From contig NZ_AP012549.1 in NCBI RefSeq assembly GCF_000829235.1, positions 1,980,001-2,012,000 of the forward strand: a stretch of 32,000 nt of DNA, given 5' to 3'. The notes beneath the pieces were generated by a model. The model saw nothing but the letters and a program-made list of their open reading frames with translations. It was not told the DNA's origin and did no database searches. A program made the translations under genes and the position numbers. This stretch comes from a cyanobacterium endosymbiont of Epithemia turgida isolate EtSB Lake Yunoko. GTDB lineage: Bacteria > Cyanobacteriota > Cyanobacteriia > Cyanobacteriales > Microcystaceae. Shown in pieces: positions 21,811 to 31,684 of this stretch; within the stretch, counting starts at the first letter, position 1; each line of letters starts with the position of its first letter.

Positions 21811-22797
21811 CTAGCTTAAATAAAAATTAAGGGCAAAGCACAATAAAATCATTAATTGTGCGGTTAAAATTGATATATAAATTGCTGCTTTAGGGCGTAT
21901 CGTCATGAAAAGCAAGCTAAGACTTTTAAGATTAATTATAGAACTTAACAACAAAAAAACCAAATTTGACCCATATAGAAACTTATTAGTCAGAGGATTG
22001 ATAAAATAGGGGGTCCACAAAGAATTAAAAGATAGAACCAAGCTAAAAAGAGACATTACTAGAATTTGAGTTACGGGAGTTTGTCCCCATGTTATTAACT
22101 GTGCTTGAGGTAGAAAAACTTGAGCCATGGTAGTTATCACACATCCCCACAAGAGGATACTACCGAGTTCAAGGAATTCCTTAATCAGATTATCCAAAAA
22201 CAACAAGCATCGCCCCCATAAATGGTCAGGAATCGCTGAATTAGCTTTATACTCATAAATTAAACTCCCTGTCCTATGGAGGGTTTGGGGAGTATTACGG
22301 GAACGTAATAAAGTACCTGAGTGAAGTAAAGTTGAGTACATTGCCAAGGGAGATAGATTCGTGGATTTTCCAGACGTTTTATCGGCATAAGTACTAAAAA
22401 TTAATCCCAGAATAATACCAATGAGCCAGGCTCCCAAAATTCGTAAGAAAAGAAGTCTTGGATAATTGCCAAGCACTCCCCAACTAACCCAAATTACAAA
22501 AGGATTAATAGTTGGGGAAGCTATTAAAAAACTGATAGACAGGGGAACAGAAGCACCTTGTAACAATAATCTCCGCGTTACAGGAATATTACCGTATTGT
22601 CCTACGGGAATTATTATTCCCAAACTACTGCCAACAATAGCCCCTAAAATCCTATTTTGCGGTAACTTGGCTACGAATTGATGTTCATCAACAAAAGCCA
22701 GTAAACCACTCGAAACAATAATTCCCCACAGAAGAAAAGGTAAAGATTTTAGAACATGACTAATAAATAGGGTAACATCATAACTAAGTTCAGACAT
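21811..22797 (-). CDS. predicted multi-pass membrane permease (DUF318/ArsP-like)
   Basis: 328 aa, hydrophobic throughout, with about 8 predicted helices in two halves separated by a polar loop (aa ~140-195). The family assignment is from memory and tentative. Confidence 0.6.
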   Translation of the reverse strand: MSELSYDVTLFISHVLKSLPFLLWGIIVSSGLLAFVDEHQFVAKLPQNRILGAIVGSSLGIIIPVGQYGNIPVTRRLLLQGASVPLSISFLIASPTINPFVIWVSWGVLGNYPRLLFLRILGAWLIGIILGLIFSTYADKTSGKSTNLSPLAMYSTLLHSGTLLRSRNTPQTLHRTGSLIYEYKANSAIPDHLWGRCLLFLDNLIKEFLELGSILLWGCVITTMAQVFLPQAQLITWGQTPVTQILVMSLFSLVLSFNSLWTPYFINPLTNKFLYGSNLVFLLLSSIINLKSLSLLFMTIRPKAAIYISILTAQLMILLCFALNFYLS

Positions 22798-22947
22798 AAA
22801 AATATATCTCTAATTAATCTTGAGTAATAATGTAGATCGTTCACAGACAATCTACTCCGTACTTAACATTATCAAACTTATTTACGTTCGAATAGATACT
22901 TGTGACTAGATGGTTTCATATAAAAATCTATAACGATGTAACTAAAA

Positions 22948-22989
22948 CAATAAATACTAAAGGCTTTTTCTCCCTTAGTATTTATTGTA
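22948..22989. repeat. inverted repeat, 14-bp perfect arms, 14-nt loop
   Basis: ACAATAAATACTAA (22948-22961) and TTAGTATTTATTGT (22976-22989) are exact reverse complements. The repeat lies 150-190 nt upstream of the permease start. Confidence 0.9.
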
Positions 22990-23139
22990 TGTTGCTTTGA
23001 ACATAAGCAAAAATATTAATAGTAAATCTACTTTGATTCGTCGCGCATTAATCTACTCTTACCGGTAATATTCTTGTTTTAGTGTTTACAGTTTAATGTA
23101 GTCTGAGCATATTTTAAAAAATCAGTTTAGAGAAATACT

Positions 23140-23711
23140 ATGGTTTTGTCCTTAAAATTTCAGTTGGTAAATGCGGCTCGCTAATGTAATTTAGACGATG
23201 TTAAAGTCTTACTTGCTACTGATTTTATCAAACAAGTATGTTAACGTATGCGGCACAGTGATGCGATTGCCTAATAGGAAATTATTTTTAGAAAAAGGGG
23301 CTTTGGTTAATCGACAACGACCTCCATCAGGGATTAGTGCCTTGATGTTGGCGGCGGGCGGCTAATTATTTAGACGTTGTTGAAGACTTAATTGAAGCTG
23401 GTGCAGATGTTAATCCAACTAATGAAGATCGCACTCCGGCTTTGATGATTGCAGCATATGAAGGACATTTAGCCATTCCTAAAACCTTAATAGCAGCAGG
23501 GTCTGAAGTTAATCTTAAAGACAAAGATGGAGATACTCCCCTGAATCTAGCGATTAAAACCCATTATCAAGAAATTATTTTAGCATTACTCAATGCAGGA
23601 GCCAATTTTTCAGACATTGTGGATAAACAAAAAGCCGTTTATTTTGGGAATAGTTGTGTTTTACTGATAAACATTTTAAATACAATGATGCCAACCTTCG
23701 GAAAATTTTAA
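23140..23711 (+). pseudogene. ankyrin-repeat protein, disrupted by in-frame stops and frameshifts
   Basis: Translation gives ankyrin consensus pieces in shifting frames: LVNAAR*CNLDDVKVLLA (TAA at 23182-23184); LLEKGALVN...ISALMLAAGG* (TAA at 23363-23365); then in another frame NYLDVVEDLIEAGADVNPTNEDRTPALMIAAYEGHL...AGSEVNLKDKDGDTPLNLA...LLNAGANF. Only the last 89 codons remain open. Confidence 0.8.
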
Positions 23712-24004
23712 TTACAAATCATTTCTTGGCTTTAGTCATTGGGATTTGCCTTTATCCTCAACTCGTCTGTATGATATAAAGACAGTTGCAGTTAATGCTC
23801 AGGTTAGTCAATTCCTATGTTAGGATAACTAAAATTAATTCTAAGAGTTACAGAATTTTACCAAAAATCTAACAAGTATCCAAATTCACTACCTTGACTA
23901 ACATACTTTATTAAATTCTTTGAATAAGCTTTGATCGCGTCAAAAATTTGACTTTGACTATGATGGAGAGTTCTTTAAGCACTCCCTTTTCTTGTTTTTC
24001 TATA

Positions 24005-25258
24005 CTAATTATTAAGTAATAATCTGCGACGTAATCGATCTAAAGCCGCATAACTACTTAAAAATCGTATAGTATCACGATCATGGATTGCCCCAAACTG
24101 ACATTTAAAACTCTCAACTCTTCCTTGATTATCAGCTAATCCAACATAAACCAATCCCACAGGTTTAATTTCTGTCCCTTCCCCAGGGCCGGCAATTCCT
24201 GTAATACTTATTCCCCAGGAAGTCCCTAAGCGTTTTTTAACCCCTAGGGACATTTGTTGTGCTACTACCTCGCTAACAGCTCCAGATTGTTCTAAATCTT
24301 TGGAATTAACCCCTAATAAATCGATTTTTACTTGATTTTTGTAGGCAATAATTCCCCCGATAAAATAGTCCGAACTTCCTGGAACTGTGGTAAACATCGC
24401 ACCTAAACCGCCTCCTGTACAAGATTCAGCGACACTTGCCGTTTCTCCTGCTTGCCTCAACAAATTTCCGACTACCAAAGCTAAAGTATCATCATCTGAC
24501 CCATAATAGTCTAATCCAGCTATTTTTTTAATTTTTTGGGTAATTGGTTCAATTAGAGCGATTGCCTCTGTTTTTGATCGAGTTTTTGCAGATATTCTTA
24601 AACGTACTTCTCCTAAAGAAGTATAGGGGGCTACTGTAGGATTAGATAATTCGAAGAAGTGAGCTAATTTGGCGGATAAATCTGACTCTCTAATGCCCCT
24701 AAAATATAACATTCGACTGTAAATAATTTCCTTTCCCCAACCTTGACTTTTAAGGTAAGAAACGGCCGTTTCCCTCCACATACGTTTCATTTCCGAAGGG
24801 ACCCCAGGAAAGGTAATTAAGGTTAAATTCGGACGAGGTTGCCACAAAAGGCCAGGGGCAGTTCCAGAAGGGTTGGGCAAAATACCAGCTCCTTTAGGAA
24901 GTAAAGCTTGTTTACGATTATTATCTGCCATAGTTCGCCCCTGTGCAGCTAATTTTTGACTAATATCTCTAATAATTTCGGGATGTTCTACCAAGGGAGT
25001 CTCAAACACCTGAGCGATGGTTTCCGTAGTCAGATCATCAGGGGTTGGGCCTAACCCTCCTGTAAACACTAAAATAGAAGCACGTTGACTGGCAATTTTA
25101 ATAACGTTTTGTAAACGGGTAAAATTATCACCAACAACGGTTTGATAAAAGTGGGGAATTCCTAAACTGGCAAGTTCTTTAGCTAAAAATTGAACATTAG
25201 TATTTAGGATATCTCCTAATAACAATTCTGTCCCCACACAAATAATTTCTGCACTCAT
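24005..25258 (-). CDS. cinA: competence/damage-inducible protein CinA (MoCF-binding domain plus NMN deamidase PncC-like domain)
   Basis: 417 aa. The N-terminus MSAEIICVGTELLLGDILNTN is a classic CinA start, and the C-terminal half has the CinA/PncC domain (ESCTGG motif). Confidence 0.9.
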   Translation of the reverse strand: MSAEIICVGTELLLGDILNTNVQFLAKELASLGIPHFYQTVVGDNFTRLQNVIKIASQRASILVFTGGLGPTPDDLTTETIAQVFETPLVEHPEIIRDISQKLAAQGRTMADNNRKQALLPKGAGILPNPSGTAPGLLWQPRPNLTLITFPGVPSEMKRMWRETAVSYLKSQGWGKEIIYSRMLYFRGIRESDLSAKLAHFFELSNPTVAPYTSLGEVRLRISAKTRSKTEAIALIEPITQKIKKIAGLDYYGSDDDTLALVVGNLLRQAGETASVAESCTGGGLGAMFTTVPGSSDYFIGGIIAYKNQVKIDLLGVNSKDLEQSGAVSEVVAQQMSLGVKKRLGTSWGISITGIAGPGEGTEIKPVGLVYVGLADNQGRVESFKCQFGAIHDRDTIRFLSSYAALDRLRRRLLLNN

Positions 25259-25550
25259 AATAATTTCACTTAAGTCCCTAAAATTTAATAAATATGATTC
25301 TTTTAGACTAGCTATTATAAATAATAATAAATAAATTCCATAAGTGTTGTCCTACAATGTTTTTAATTTTTAAAAAACTTTATTTATATAAAAAAATTAA
25401 GTTATAGGACACACTCAGAAAGAGAGTTTTAGAAGTTATTAGTTACCAACTTATCATACTCAATCTAAAATAGCTACCAATACTACACTTGTTGATAACT
25501 AATAAAATAGCAATCATGCTTTCTTTTTGTCTGCTTTGTAAGGTAGTTTA

Positions 25551-26075
25551 TTACTCAATTAACTCTACGGCATCCCTCCCGTCAGTCTCTTGCAGATACA
25601 CTTTAACCTGTTCTTGGGAAGCTGTGGAAAGTTTTTTTCCAATAAAATCAGGATGAATAGGTAACTCTCGATGTCCACGGTCCACTAAAACTAATAACCT
25701 AATGACTTCGGGTCGTCCATATTCCGTCACTGCATTTAAGGCCGCCCGAATTGTCCGTCCTTTATAAAGAACATCATCTACTAAGACCACCGTTTTCCCC
25801 GTTAAGTCAAAAGGAATTTTAGTTTTAGCAGGAGTACGAGTTTTTATACGATCAAGATCATCACGATAAAATGTCACATCGACAGCTCCTACTGAGACTT
25901 TAACATCTTCTAACATCTCAATTTGCTGAGCGAGCAGATAAGCTAAAGTCACCCCTCGGGTGTAAATCCCCAAAAGTACTAACTCAGAGAGATCTCCCGA
26001 TTTTTCAATAACTTGAGAAGCTAAACGGGTGATGATGCGGCGTATTTTTTCCGTAGTCAGTATTTTTTTGACCAT
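25551..26075 (-). CDS. pyrR: bifunctional pyrimidine regulatory protein / uracil phosphoribosyltransferase PyrR
   Basis: PRTase fold with the PRPP-binding loop [13 protein letters not shown]. The track ORF extends to 26102, but the ATG at 26075 is directly preceded by GGGGAGAGGG and gives a typical PyrR length of 174 aa. The 26102 start is not excluded. Confidence 0.9.
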   Translation of the reverse strand: MVKKILTTEKIRRIITRLASQVIEKSGDLSELVLLGIYTRGVTLAYLLAQQIEMLEDVKVSVGAVDVTFYRDDLDRIKTRTPAKTKIPFDLTGKTVVLVDDVLYKGRTIRAALNAVTEYGRPEVIRLLVLVDRGHRELPIHPDFIGKKLSTASQEQVKVYLQETDGRDAVELIE

Positions 26076-26202
26076 ACCCTCTCCCCTATATTCATCCTCC
26101 ATTTTATAAAATCACTTAAAGTCACTAAGTTTAGTAGAAACTTAATCCTAAATCAACTTACTATGGAAATTAGAATTTAATTCTACACCCCTGTTTATTA
26201 AG

Positions 26203-26262
26203 TTTTAAGTTCCGTAAAGTAGCCTTCGCTTGGCTGTGAGCGCGACTTTACGGAACTTAAAA
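26203..26262. repeat. inverted repeat, 18-bp perfect arms, enclosing a 24-nt G+C-rich spacer with its own 4-bp stem-loop
   Basis: TTTTAAGTTCCGTAAAGT (26203-26220) and ACTTTACGGAACTTAAAA (26245-26262) are exact reverse complements. The spacer AGCCTTCGCTTGGCTGTGAGCGCG contains AGCC/GGCT. It sits in the divergent pyrR / MnmC-like intergenic region. Confidence 0.95.
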
Positions 26263-26311
26263 GTCATATTTCAAACTATTTCCCTATCTCCCAATATTTC
26301 CTGCTTTAATT

Positions 26312-27193
26312 ATGTTCATCCCTCAACTGACTGAGGACGGTTCGTATACCTTCTTTTCTGAGGAATTTGAAGAACTATTCCATTCCCATTCTGGAGCAAA
26401 ACTCGAAGCAGAACAAAAATTTGTCGATCCTTGTCAACTCAAAGAGAAAGCAAAACGTCACAAGTCATTGAAAATTCTCGATGTTTGCTATGGACTCGGG
26501 TACAATAGCGCAGCAGCTTTAGAAGGAATTTGGTCAATTAATCGGAAATGTCACATCGAATTAGTTGCTCTAGAATCTGACATTGATGTCCCTTATCAGT
26601 CGGGTGTCTACCATTTACTTAAACAATGGCCTTCTTTTATTAGAGACTCCCTCACACAACTCGCCCAAAATCATGAGATACAAATACCAAGACTGAGAGC
26701 TAACCTATTGATAGGAGATGCTCGAAATACTATTAAGACTCTTTACCAGTCTGGTTTTAAAGCCGACGCAATTTTTCTTGACCCTTTTTCGCCTCCAAAA
26801 TGTCCCCAATTATGGACTCTAGAATTTATTAAACTTGTATCAGGGTGTTTACATTCACAAGGAAGGTTGGGAACCTATTCAAGTGCTGCCGCGGTAAGAA
26901 CTGCTTTACAGTCGGCTGGGTTAACTGTGGCCCCTACTAAGGGGGTGGGGCGGCGGTCGCCTGGAACTGTAGCAAGTTTCAATTGTCAAGACTTATGTCC
27001 TTTGTCTTTACAGGAACAAGAACACTTAAAAACTCGTGCAGCTATTCCCTATCGCGACCCCAGTCTTCGAGATTCTGCTATGGTAATTAATCAGCGACGA
27101 CGTACAGAACAAATCAGTAGTGATTTAGAACCTACAAGTCGTTGGAAAAAACGATGGAAAAAGTTAGTGCGAAACTCACAGTTATTTAATTAA
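26312..27193 (+). CDS. MnmC-like SAM-dependent methyltransferase domain protein (DUF752/Methyltransf_30-like)
   Basis: 293 aa. N-terminus LTEDGSYTFFSEEFEELFHSHSGA, LDVCYGLGYN and DAIFLDPFSPPKCPQLWT match the stand-alone MnmC methyltransferase-domain family as I remember it. It has a basic C-terminal tail. Confidence 0.65.
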   Translation: MFIPQLTEDGSYTFFSEEFEELFHSHSGAKLEAEQKFVDPCQLKEKAKRHKSLKILDVCYGLGYNSAAALEGIWSINRKCHIELVALESDIDVPYQSGVYHLLKQWPSFIRDSLTQLAQNHEIQIPRLRANLLIGDARNTIKTLYQSGFKADAIFLDPFSPPKCPQLWTLEFIKLVSGCLHSQGRLGTYSSAAAVRTALQSAGLTVAPTKGVGRRSPGTVASFNCQDLCPLSLQEQEHLKTRAAIPYRDPSLRDSAMVINQRRRTEQISSDLEPTSRWKKRWKKLVRNSQLFN

Positions 27194-28397
27194 TAGCGCT
27201 CTCAAATTCGGAGTTCCCGTGGAAAATTTTAGGGAAGTTAATTATCTTTTTAAAGATGCTAGAAAGTTAATTAAGATGATATGATGATGGGAAATATTTT
27301 GAACCAAGTTTCAGTTTAATCTTGAATTCGACTAAAAGATATGAATATCTTGAAATTGAGTTATATAGATCCAAAGTTTTGTGAGATGGCATGAGTTATT
27401 TAAACTCAATTTGACAGTATACGACTGCAGTAAATATTAGTTTTTAGTCAACTTCAGGCAACACAGATATCGTAAACTTGTTCATGAGTTAACGCCAGAT
27501 TTAATTTTCAGATTATTTGTAGACTACGAATATATTATTCAATATATCTTTGAAATTTTCTTTTAATAAAATACTTGAATTAATTGTTTTTGGTCAACAG
27601 AAGATAAAGAAAAAGCGATCAATCTGATTGATTGATTTTTACCGGACAAATGTTTTTATTGAGATACTTGATGACTTGAACTGAAAAATATCTCTTGAAA
27701 ATTTATATTTAATGCATTCAAATAATTTTGATTTTTTCATCATCTTTTTGCTATGATTAATCTTTTTACTTTAAATAAAAGCTTTATTTTAATTTATATA
27801 AACAAAAATATTTACTATTTTTTGTTGTTGGTTTCTAAGAACTGGTGTCAAGAAAATAAAATTGCTGCTGTTACTTAATTTCACATAAACCTTACGAAGT
27901 TGGTTTCAATCTTTACCTAAAAAATCTCTCAACTCTCACTTATTTACAGGAAGCTCAGGAAGAATTAAAGTTCTCTAATAGACTGGGATAAAACTAGTAA
28001 TTTTATTAGCAGATTCTATCTATAATATAAAAACCATTATCAATGGTTTATAAAATGTATGTATATATTCAATTAATGTTAGTTTCAAGTCAAATCTGAA
28101 CCAAATCTAATCCCCAATCATTTATCCAAGCTTGTCAATGTTTGAAAACCTATCCTACTTTTACTTTGATGATAGAAGATTATAACGGGTATATTGCTAT
28201 GGACTAGCAAGGAGACGCTGCTGGAACTATTGGAATCTATCGGAATAATTACCGAGCTAGTCATTTTTAAAAGGCATATATTACTATCCTCAAACTTAAT
28301 CAAATTCAATTATCCTCATTAGTAAATTCTCATGTATAGTTGTAGACTATAAAACGTCATCTTTATCATTATTGTTGCTAAAAGAGGGTAAGTAAAA
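27194..28397. other. AT-rich non-coding spacer (1204 bp)
   Basis: Only one unsupported 63-aa track ORF (28118-28309, minus). No recognisable riboswitch lies upstream of metK. Confidence 0.75.
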
Positions 28398-29666
28398 TTG
28401 TCTTGTCGTTATCTGTTTACTTCCGAATCTGTAACCGAAGGTCATCCTGATAAAATCTGCGACCAGATTTCAGATGCTATTCTAGATGCTTTGCTTAACC
28501 ATGATGATCGCAGTCGCGTCGCGGCAGAAGTGGTCGTTAATACAGGCTTAGTTTTAATTACTGGGGAAATTACCTCCAAAGCTCATGTTAATTTTGTCGA
28601 GTTAGCTCGTAAGAAAATAGCTGAAATTGGCTATACTGATGCTAACAATGGCTTTTCTGCTGATAGTTGTTCCGTTTTAGTTGCTGTAGACGAGCAGTCT
28701 CCTGATATTGCCCAAGGGGTAAGTGAAGCTCATGAACAAAGACAATCTCTTAGTAGTGACGAATTAGATAGAATTGGAGCTGGAGATCAGGGGTTAATGT
28801 TTGGGTTCGCTTGTAATGAAACCCCTGAATTAATGCCTTTACCAATTAGTCTAGCCCATCGCATCTCTCATCGCTTAGCTACGGTACGTAAAATGAGAGA
28901 ACTATCTTATTTACGTCCTGATGGTAAAACCCAGGTATCAATTGTCTATGAAAAGGGAAAACCTGTGGGGATTGACACCATTCTTGTTTCCACTCAACAT
29001 ACTGAAACTATTGACTCGATTACAGACAACGATAAGGTTCAAAAAAAGATTAAATCCGATCTGTGGGAAGCTGTCATTCTACCCGTCTTAAACGATATTA
29101 AGATTAAACCTAGTAAAGACCTGAATTTTTTAGTCAACCCGACAGGTAAGTTTGTTATTGGAGGGCCTCAAGGAGACGCTGGATTAACGGGACGTAAGAT
29201 TATTGTTGATACCTATGGCGGTTACTCTCGTCACGGTGGCGGTGCTTTCTCTGGTAAAGATCCGACCAAAGTAGATCGCTCTGCAGCCTATGCCTGTCGT
29301 TATGTAGCTAAAAATATCGTCGCTGCTGGTTTGGCAGATAAGTGTGAAGTTCAAGTGAGTTATGCTATCGGAGTAGCTCGCCCTGTGAGCATCCTTGTGG
29401 ATACTTTTGGCACGGCTAAAGTTGATGAAGATAAACTTCTTGATGTAGTTAAAGAAAATTTTGAATTACGTCCTGCAGGCATTCTTCAATATTTCGGACT
29501 GCGAGAGTTTCCTTCACAACGAGGCGGTCGTTTCTATCAAGATATAGCAGTTTATGGACATTTTGGACGAACTGATCTTGATTTGCCTTGGGAAGCAACT
29601 GATAAAGTTACTTTACTCAAAGATGCTTTTTCTAGTCCTTTATCAGGGATGACAGTTGGGATTTAA
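28398..29666 (+). CDS. metK: S-adenosylmethionine synthetase
   Basis: 422 aa with a TTG start preceded by AGAGGG. Canonical MetK blocks: [62 protein letters not shown]. Confidence 0.97.
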   Translation: MSCRYLFTSESVTEGHPDKICDQISDAILDALLNHDDRSRVAAEVVVNTGLVLITGEITSKAHVNFVELARKKIAEIGYTDANNGFSADSCSVLVAVDEQSPDIAQGVSEAHEQRQSLSSDELDRIGAGDQGLMFGFACNETPELMPLPISLAHRISHRLATVRKMRELSYLRPDGKTQVSIVYEKGKPVGIDTILVSTQHTETIDSITDNDKVQKKIKSDLWEAVILPVLNDIKIKPSKDLNFLVNPTGKFVIGGPQGDAGLTGRKIIVDTYGGYSRHGGGAFSGKDPTKVDRSAAYACRYVAKNIVAAGLADKCEVQVSYAIGVARPVSILVDTFGTAKVDEDKLLDVVKENFELRPAGILQYFGLREFPSQRGGRFYQDIAVYGHFGRTDLDLPWEATDKVTLLKDAFSSPLSGMTVGI

Positions 29667-29693
29667 ATTGAGTTCAATTCGTCAACAATGATT

Positions 29694-29728
29694 AGAGAAA
29701 AGAGTAAAATAACTCTTTTCTCTTTTTA
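29694..29728 (+). terminator. intrinsic terminator-like hairpin after metK (convergent with the DUF3148 gene)
   Basis: AGAGAAAAGAGT (29694-29705), loop AAAATA, ACTCTTTTCTCT (29712-29723), then TTTTAAT. Perfect 12-bp stem, 28 nt after the metK stop. The stem is A/U-rich, so its strength is uncertain. Confidence 0.65.
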
Positions 29729-29744
29729 ATCTAACCTAGTTGGC

Positions 29745-29969
29745 TTAGGAGACAAGTTTTTCAAGGTACTGACTTTCTACTAAAAAAACTCCTTTGCTAA
29801 AACGCACCCCCCAATAATCTCCCGGACGGCGATCAATAACAATGCCTTGGGACCCAATTTCTAAAATATCAGCGGGACGCAACATGGGCATGGGATCAGC
29901 CGTTTTTAGATAGGGAGGACTAACACTCAAGAGAACTTGGCAACCCACCGTAATTTCTGAAGAATTCAT
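29745..29969 (-). CDS. DUF3148 family small protein (cyanobacteria/plastid lineage)
   Basis: 74 aa. The PPYLKTADPMPMLRPADIL...GIVIDRRPGDYWGVRFSKGVFLVESQYLE pattern matches the DUF3148 consensus as I recall it. Confidence 0.7.
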   Translation of the reverse strand: MNSSEITVGCQVLLSVSPPYLKTADPMPMLRPADILEIGSQGIVIDRRPGDYWGVRFSKGVFLVESQYLEKLVS

Positions 29970-30264
29970 ATCAATGATTAATCAAGATTCCAGACACACT
30001 TAACTAAAAATATTAGCTTCAGAAGATGTGATTCATCAACTAATATTTAGACTCTTTGTAGAGGAAGTCATGACATATAACTGCCGCCAAGGTTTCCATG
30101 CTAACAAGCCTTTCGGTTTTTGTTATAAAATTTGCTATATTCCTTTTACCTAATAGGAATATTCTTCTGTTAAATTAACTGACAATGATTATTCTCGGGT
30201 CATTTATCAACTTTGAATTGTTCCAACTAGGTTAACTTTTGCAGAATAAATTTTTAGCTTAAAT

Positions 30265-31236
30265 TTAATCAACTAGCTTTTTAGATTCTAACCAGTCTTG
30301 ATTGTACAAACGAGATTGATATCTTGCTCCCCCATCACACAACACTGTTACAATGGTATGTCCAGGTCCCATCTCTTTGGCTAAAGCGACTGCCGCACCT
30401 ACATTAATGCCAACCGACCCCCCCATGAATAAACCATCTTGGTACAGCAACTGATGGACAACTCGAAGAGCTTCACGATCATTAATTTGGATGGCATTAT
30501 CGATGGGAACTCCCTCCATATTGGCCGTTATGCGACTATTACCAATTCCTTCGGTAATGGAATTTCCTTCAGGTTTAATTTCCCCAGTCTTTACATAACT
30601 ATAGAGTCCGCTGCCCATAGGATCGGCAACAATACATTTGATGTTAGGATTCTGTTCTTTAAAAAATAAGGCAGACCCTGCATAAGTCCCTCCAGTTCCG
30701 GTAGCAGAGACCCAAGCATCGATTTTTCCATCGGTTTGCGCCCAAATTTCAGGACCTGTTGTTTCGTAATGAGCTAAGCGATTTGCTATATTGTCGAATT
30801 GATTCGCCCAGATAGCATTGCTCAGTTCTTGAGCTAGTCTTCCCGAAACTTTAATATAATTGTCAGGATCACGGTAAGGAACTGCAGGGACAGTTTTAAC
30901 TTCAGCCCCCAAGGTTCTAAGAAGATCGATCTTTTCCTGGGATTGAGTTTCAGGAATCACAATTAAACATTTATACCCTTTTGCATTACAAATATGGACT
31001 AACCCTATCCCTGTATTACCGGCTGTTCCTTCAACTACCGTCCCCCCAGGTTTAAGCAAGCCTTCTTCTTCTGCGCCTTTAATAATATATAAAGCAGCTC
31101 TATCTTTAACAGAACCCCCTGGATTGAGAAATTCGGCTTTCCCTAAAATCTCGCATCCAGTTTCTTGGCTAAAACTATTTAACCGAATTAAGGGTGTATT
31201 GCCAACTGTCCCAACGAAGCCGTCTTTAATATCCAT
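30265..31236 (-). CDS. cysK: cysteine synthase family PLP enzyme (CysK/CysM type)
   Basis: 323 aa. PLP-lysine motif NPGGSVKDRAA, the GNTG loop (TAGNTGIGL) and the GTGGT phosphate-binding loop. Confidence 0.88.
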   Translation of the reverse strand: MDIKDGFVGTVGNTPLIRLNSFSQETGCEILGKAEFLNPGGSVKDRAALYIIKGAEEEGLLKPGGTVVEGTAGNTGIGLVHICNAKGYKCLIVIPETQSQEKIDLLRTLGAEVKTVPAVPYRDPDNYIKVSGRLAQELSNAIWANQFDNIANRLAHYETTGPEIWAQTDGKIDAWVSATGTGGTYAGSALFFKEQNPNIKCIVADPMGSGLYSYVKTGEIKPEGNSITEGIGNSRITANMEGVPIDNAIQINDREALRVVHQLLYQDGLFMGGSVGINVGAAVALAKEMGPGHTIVTVLCDGGARYQSRLYNQDWLESKKLVD

Positions 31237-31502
31237 AATCCTCTATTTTGTCAAATGACAACAGATAGCGATTTCTTTTAGTTGATTTAATCGTTATTCT
31301 CTTTTGTCTGATCCTCAACACTATCTCTGATAGTATCAGGAAATTAGTAGATAAATTGTAAGTTTTACAGGAGTCTTTGATTTTTTGTGTTACGGTAACT
31401 CAGCTACTGATTTGAGAGAAAAACAGCTACTGAAGGCGACAAATAAAATTTTATATGAGTTCAAAGTTATATCCCAACTCTGAAAAGATCCAATCTCGTA
31501 AC

Positions 31503-31542
31503 CTGCTCAAAAACGTTCTTTTAAAAGAACGTTTTTGAGCAG
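31503..31542. repeat. perfect 40-bp palindrome (20-bp arms, no spacer)
   Basis: CTGCTCAAAAACGTTCTTTT (31503-31522) is directly abutted by its exact reverse complement AAAAGAACGTTTTTGAGCAG (31523-31542). It lies 267-306 nt upstream of the cysK start. Confidence 0.97.
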
Positions 31543-31658
31543 AATAATGGCTAATTTCTTAGAATAATAGGAAACTTTGAATCTATTTGTGAGGTAAAAA
31601 TGAGATTGCATATTTATAGAAAATAAATATTGCTTAATCCTAAGTGTTTTGATTTGTT

Positions 31659-31684
31659 TTGAATCCCTATTGTTAGGGATTCAA
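31659..31684. repeat. hairpin, 11-bp perfect arms, 4-nt loop
   Basis: TTGAATCCCTA (31659-31669), loop TTGT, TAGGGATTCAA (31674-31684). Confidence 0.9.

Noticed and set aside
23624-23632. Perfect DnaA-box consensus (TGTGGATAA, the reverse complement of TTATCCACA), plus scattered one-mismatch boxes in the deserts (e.g. ~15729, ~15541); are the AT-rich deserts an oriC?
   Set aside because: There is only a single perfect box, and it sits inside the ankyrin pseudogene. The near-matches are not clustered and are expected in AT-rich DNA. No dnaA or dnaN is in the window. A GC-skew analysis over the whole replicon would be needed.
28310-28397. Looked for a SAM riboswitch or other leader structure upstream of metK
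   Set aside because: There is no conserved SAM-I/II/V-like pairing or pseudoknot elements. The sequence is plain AT-rich with only an AGAGGG ribosome-binding site before the TTG start.
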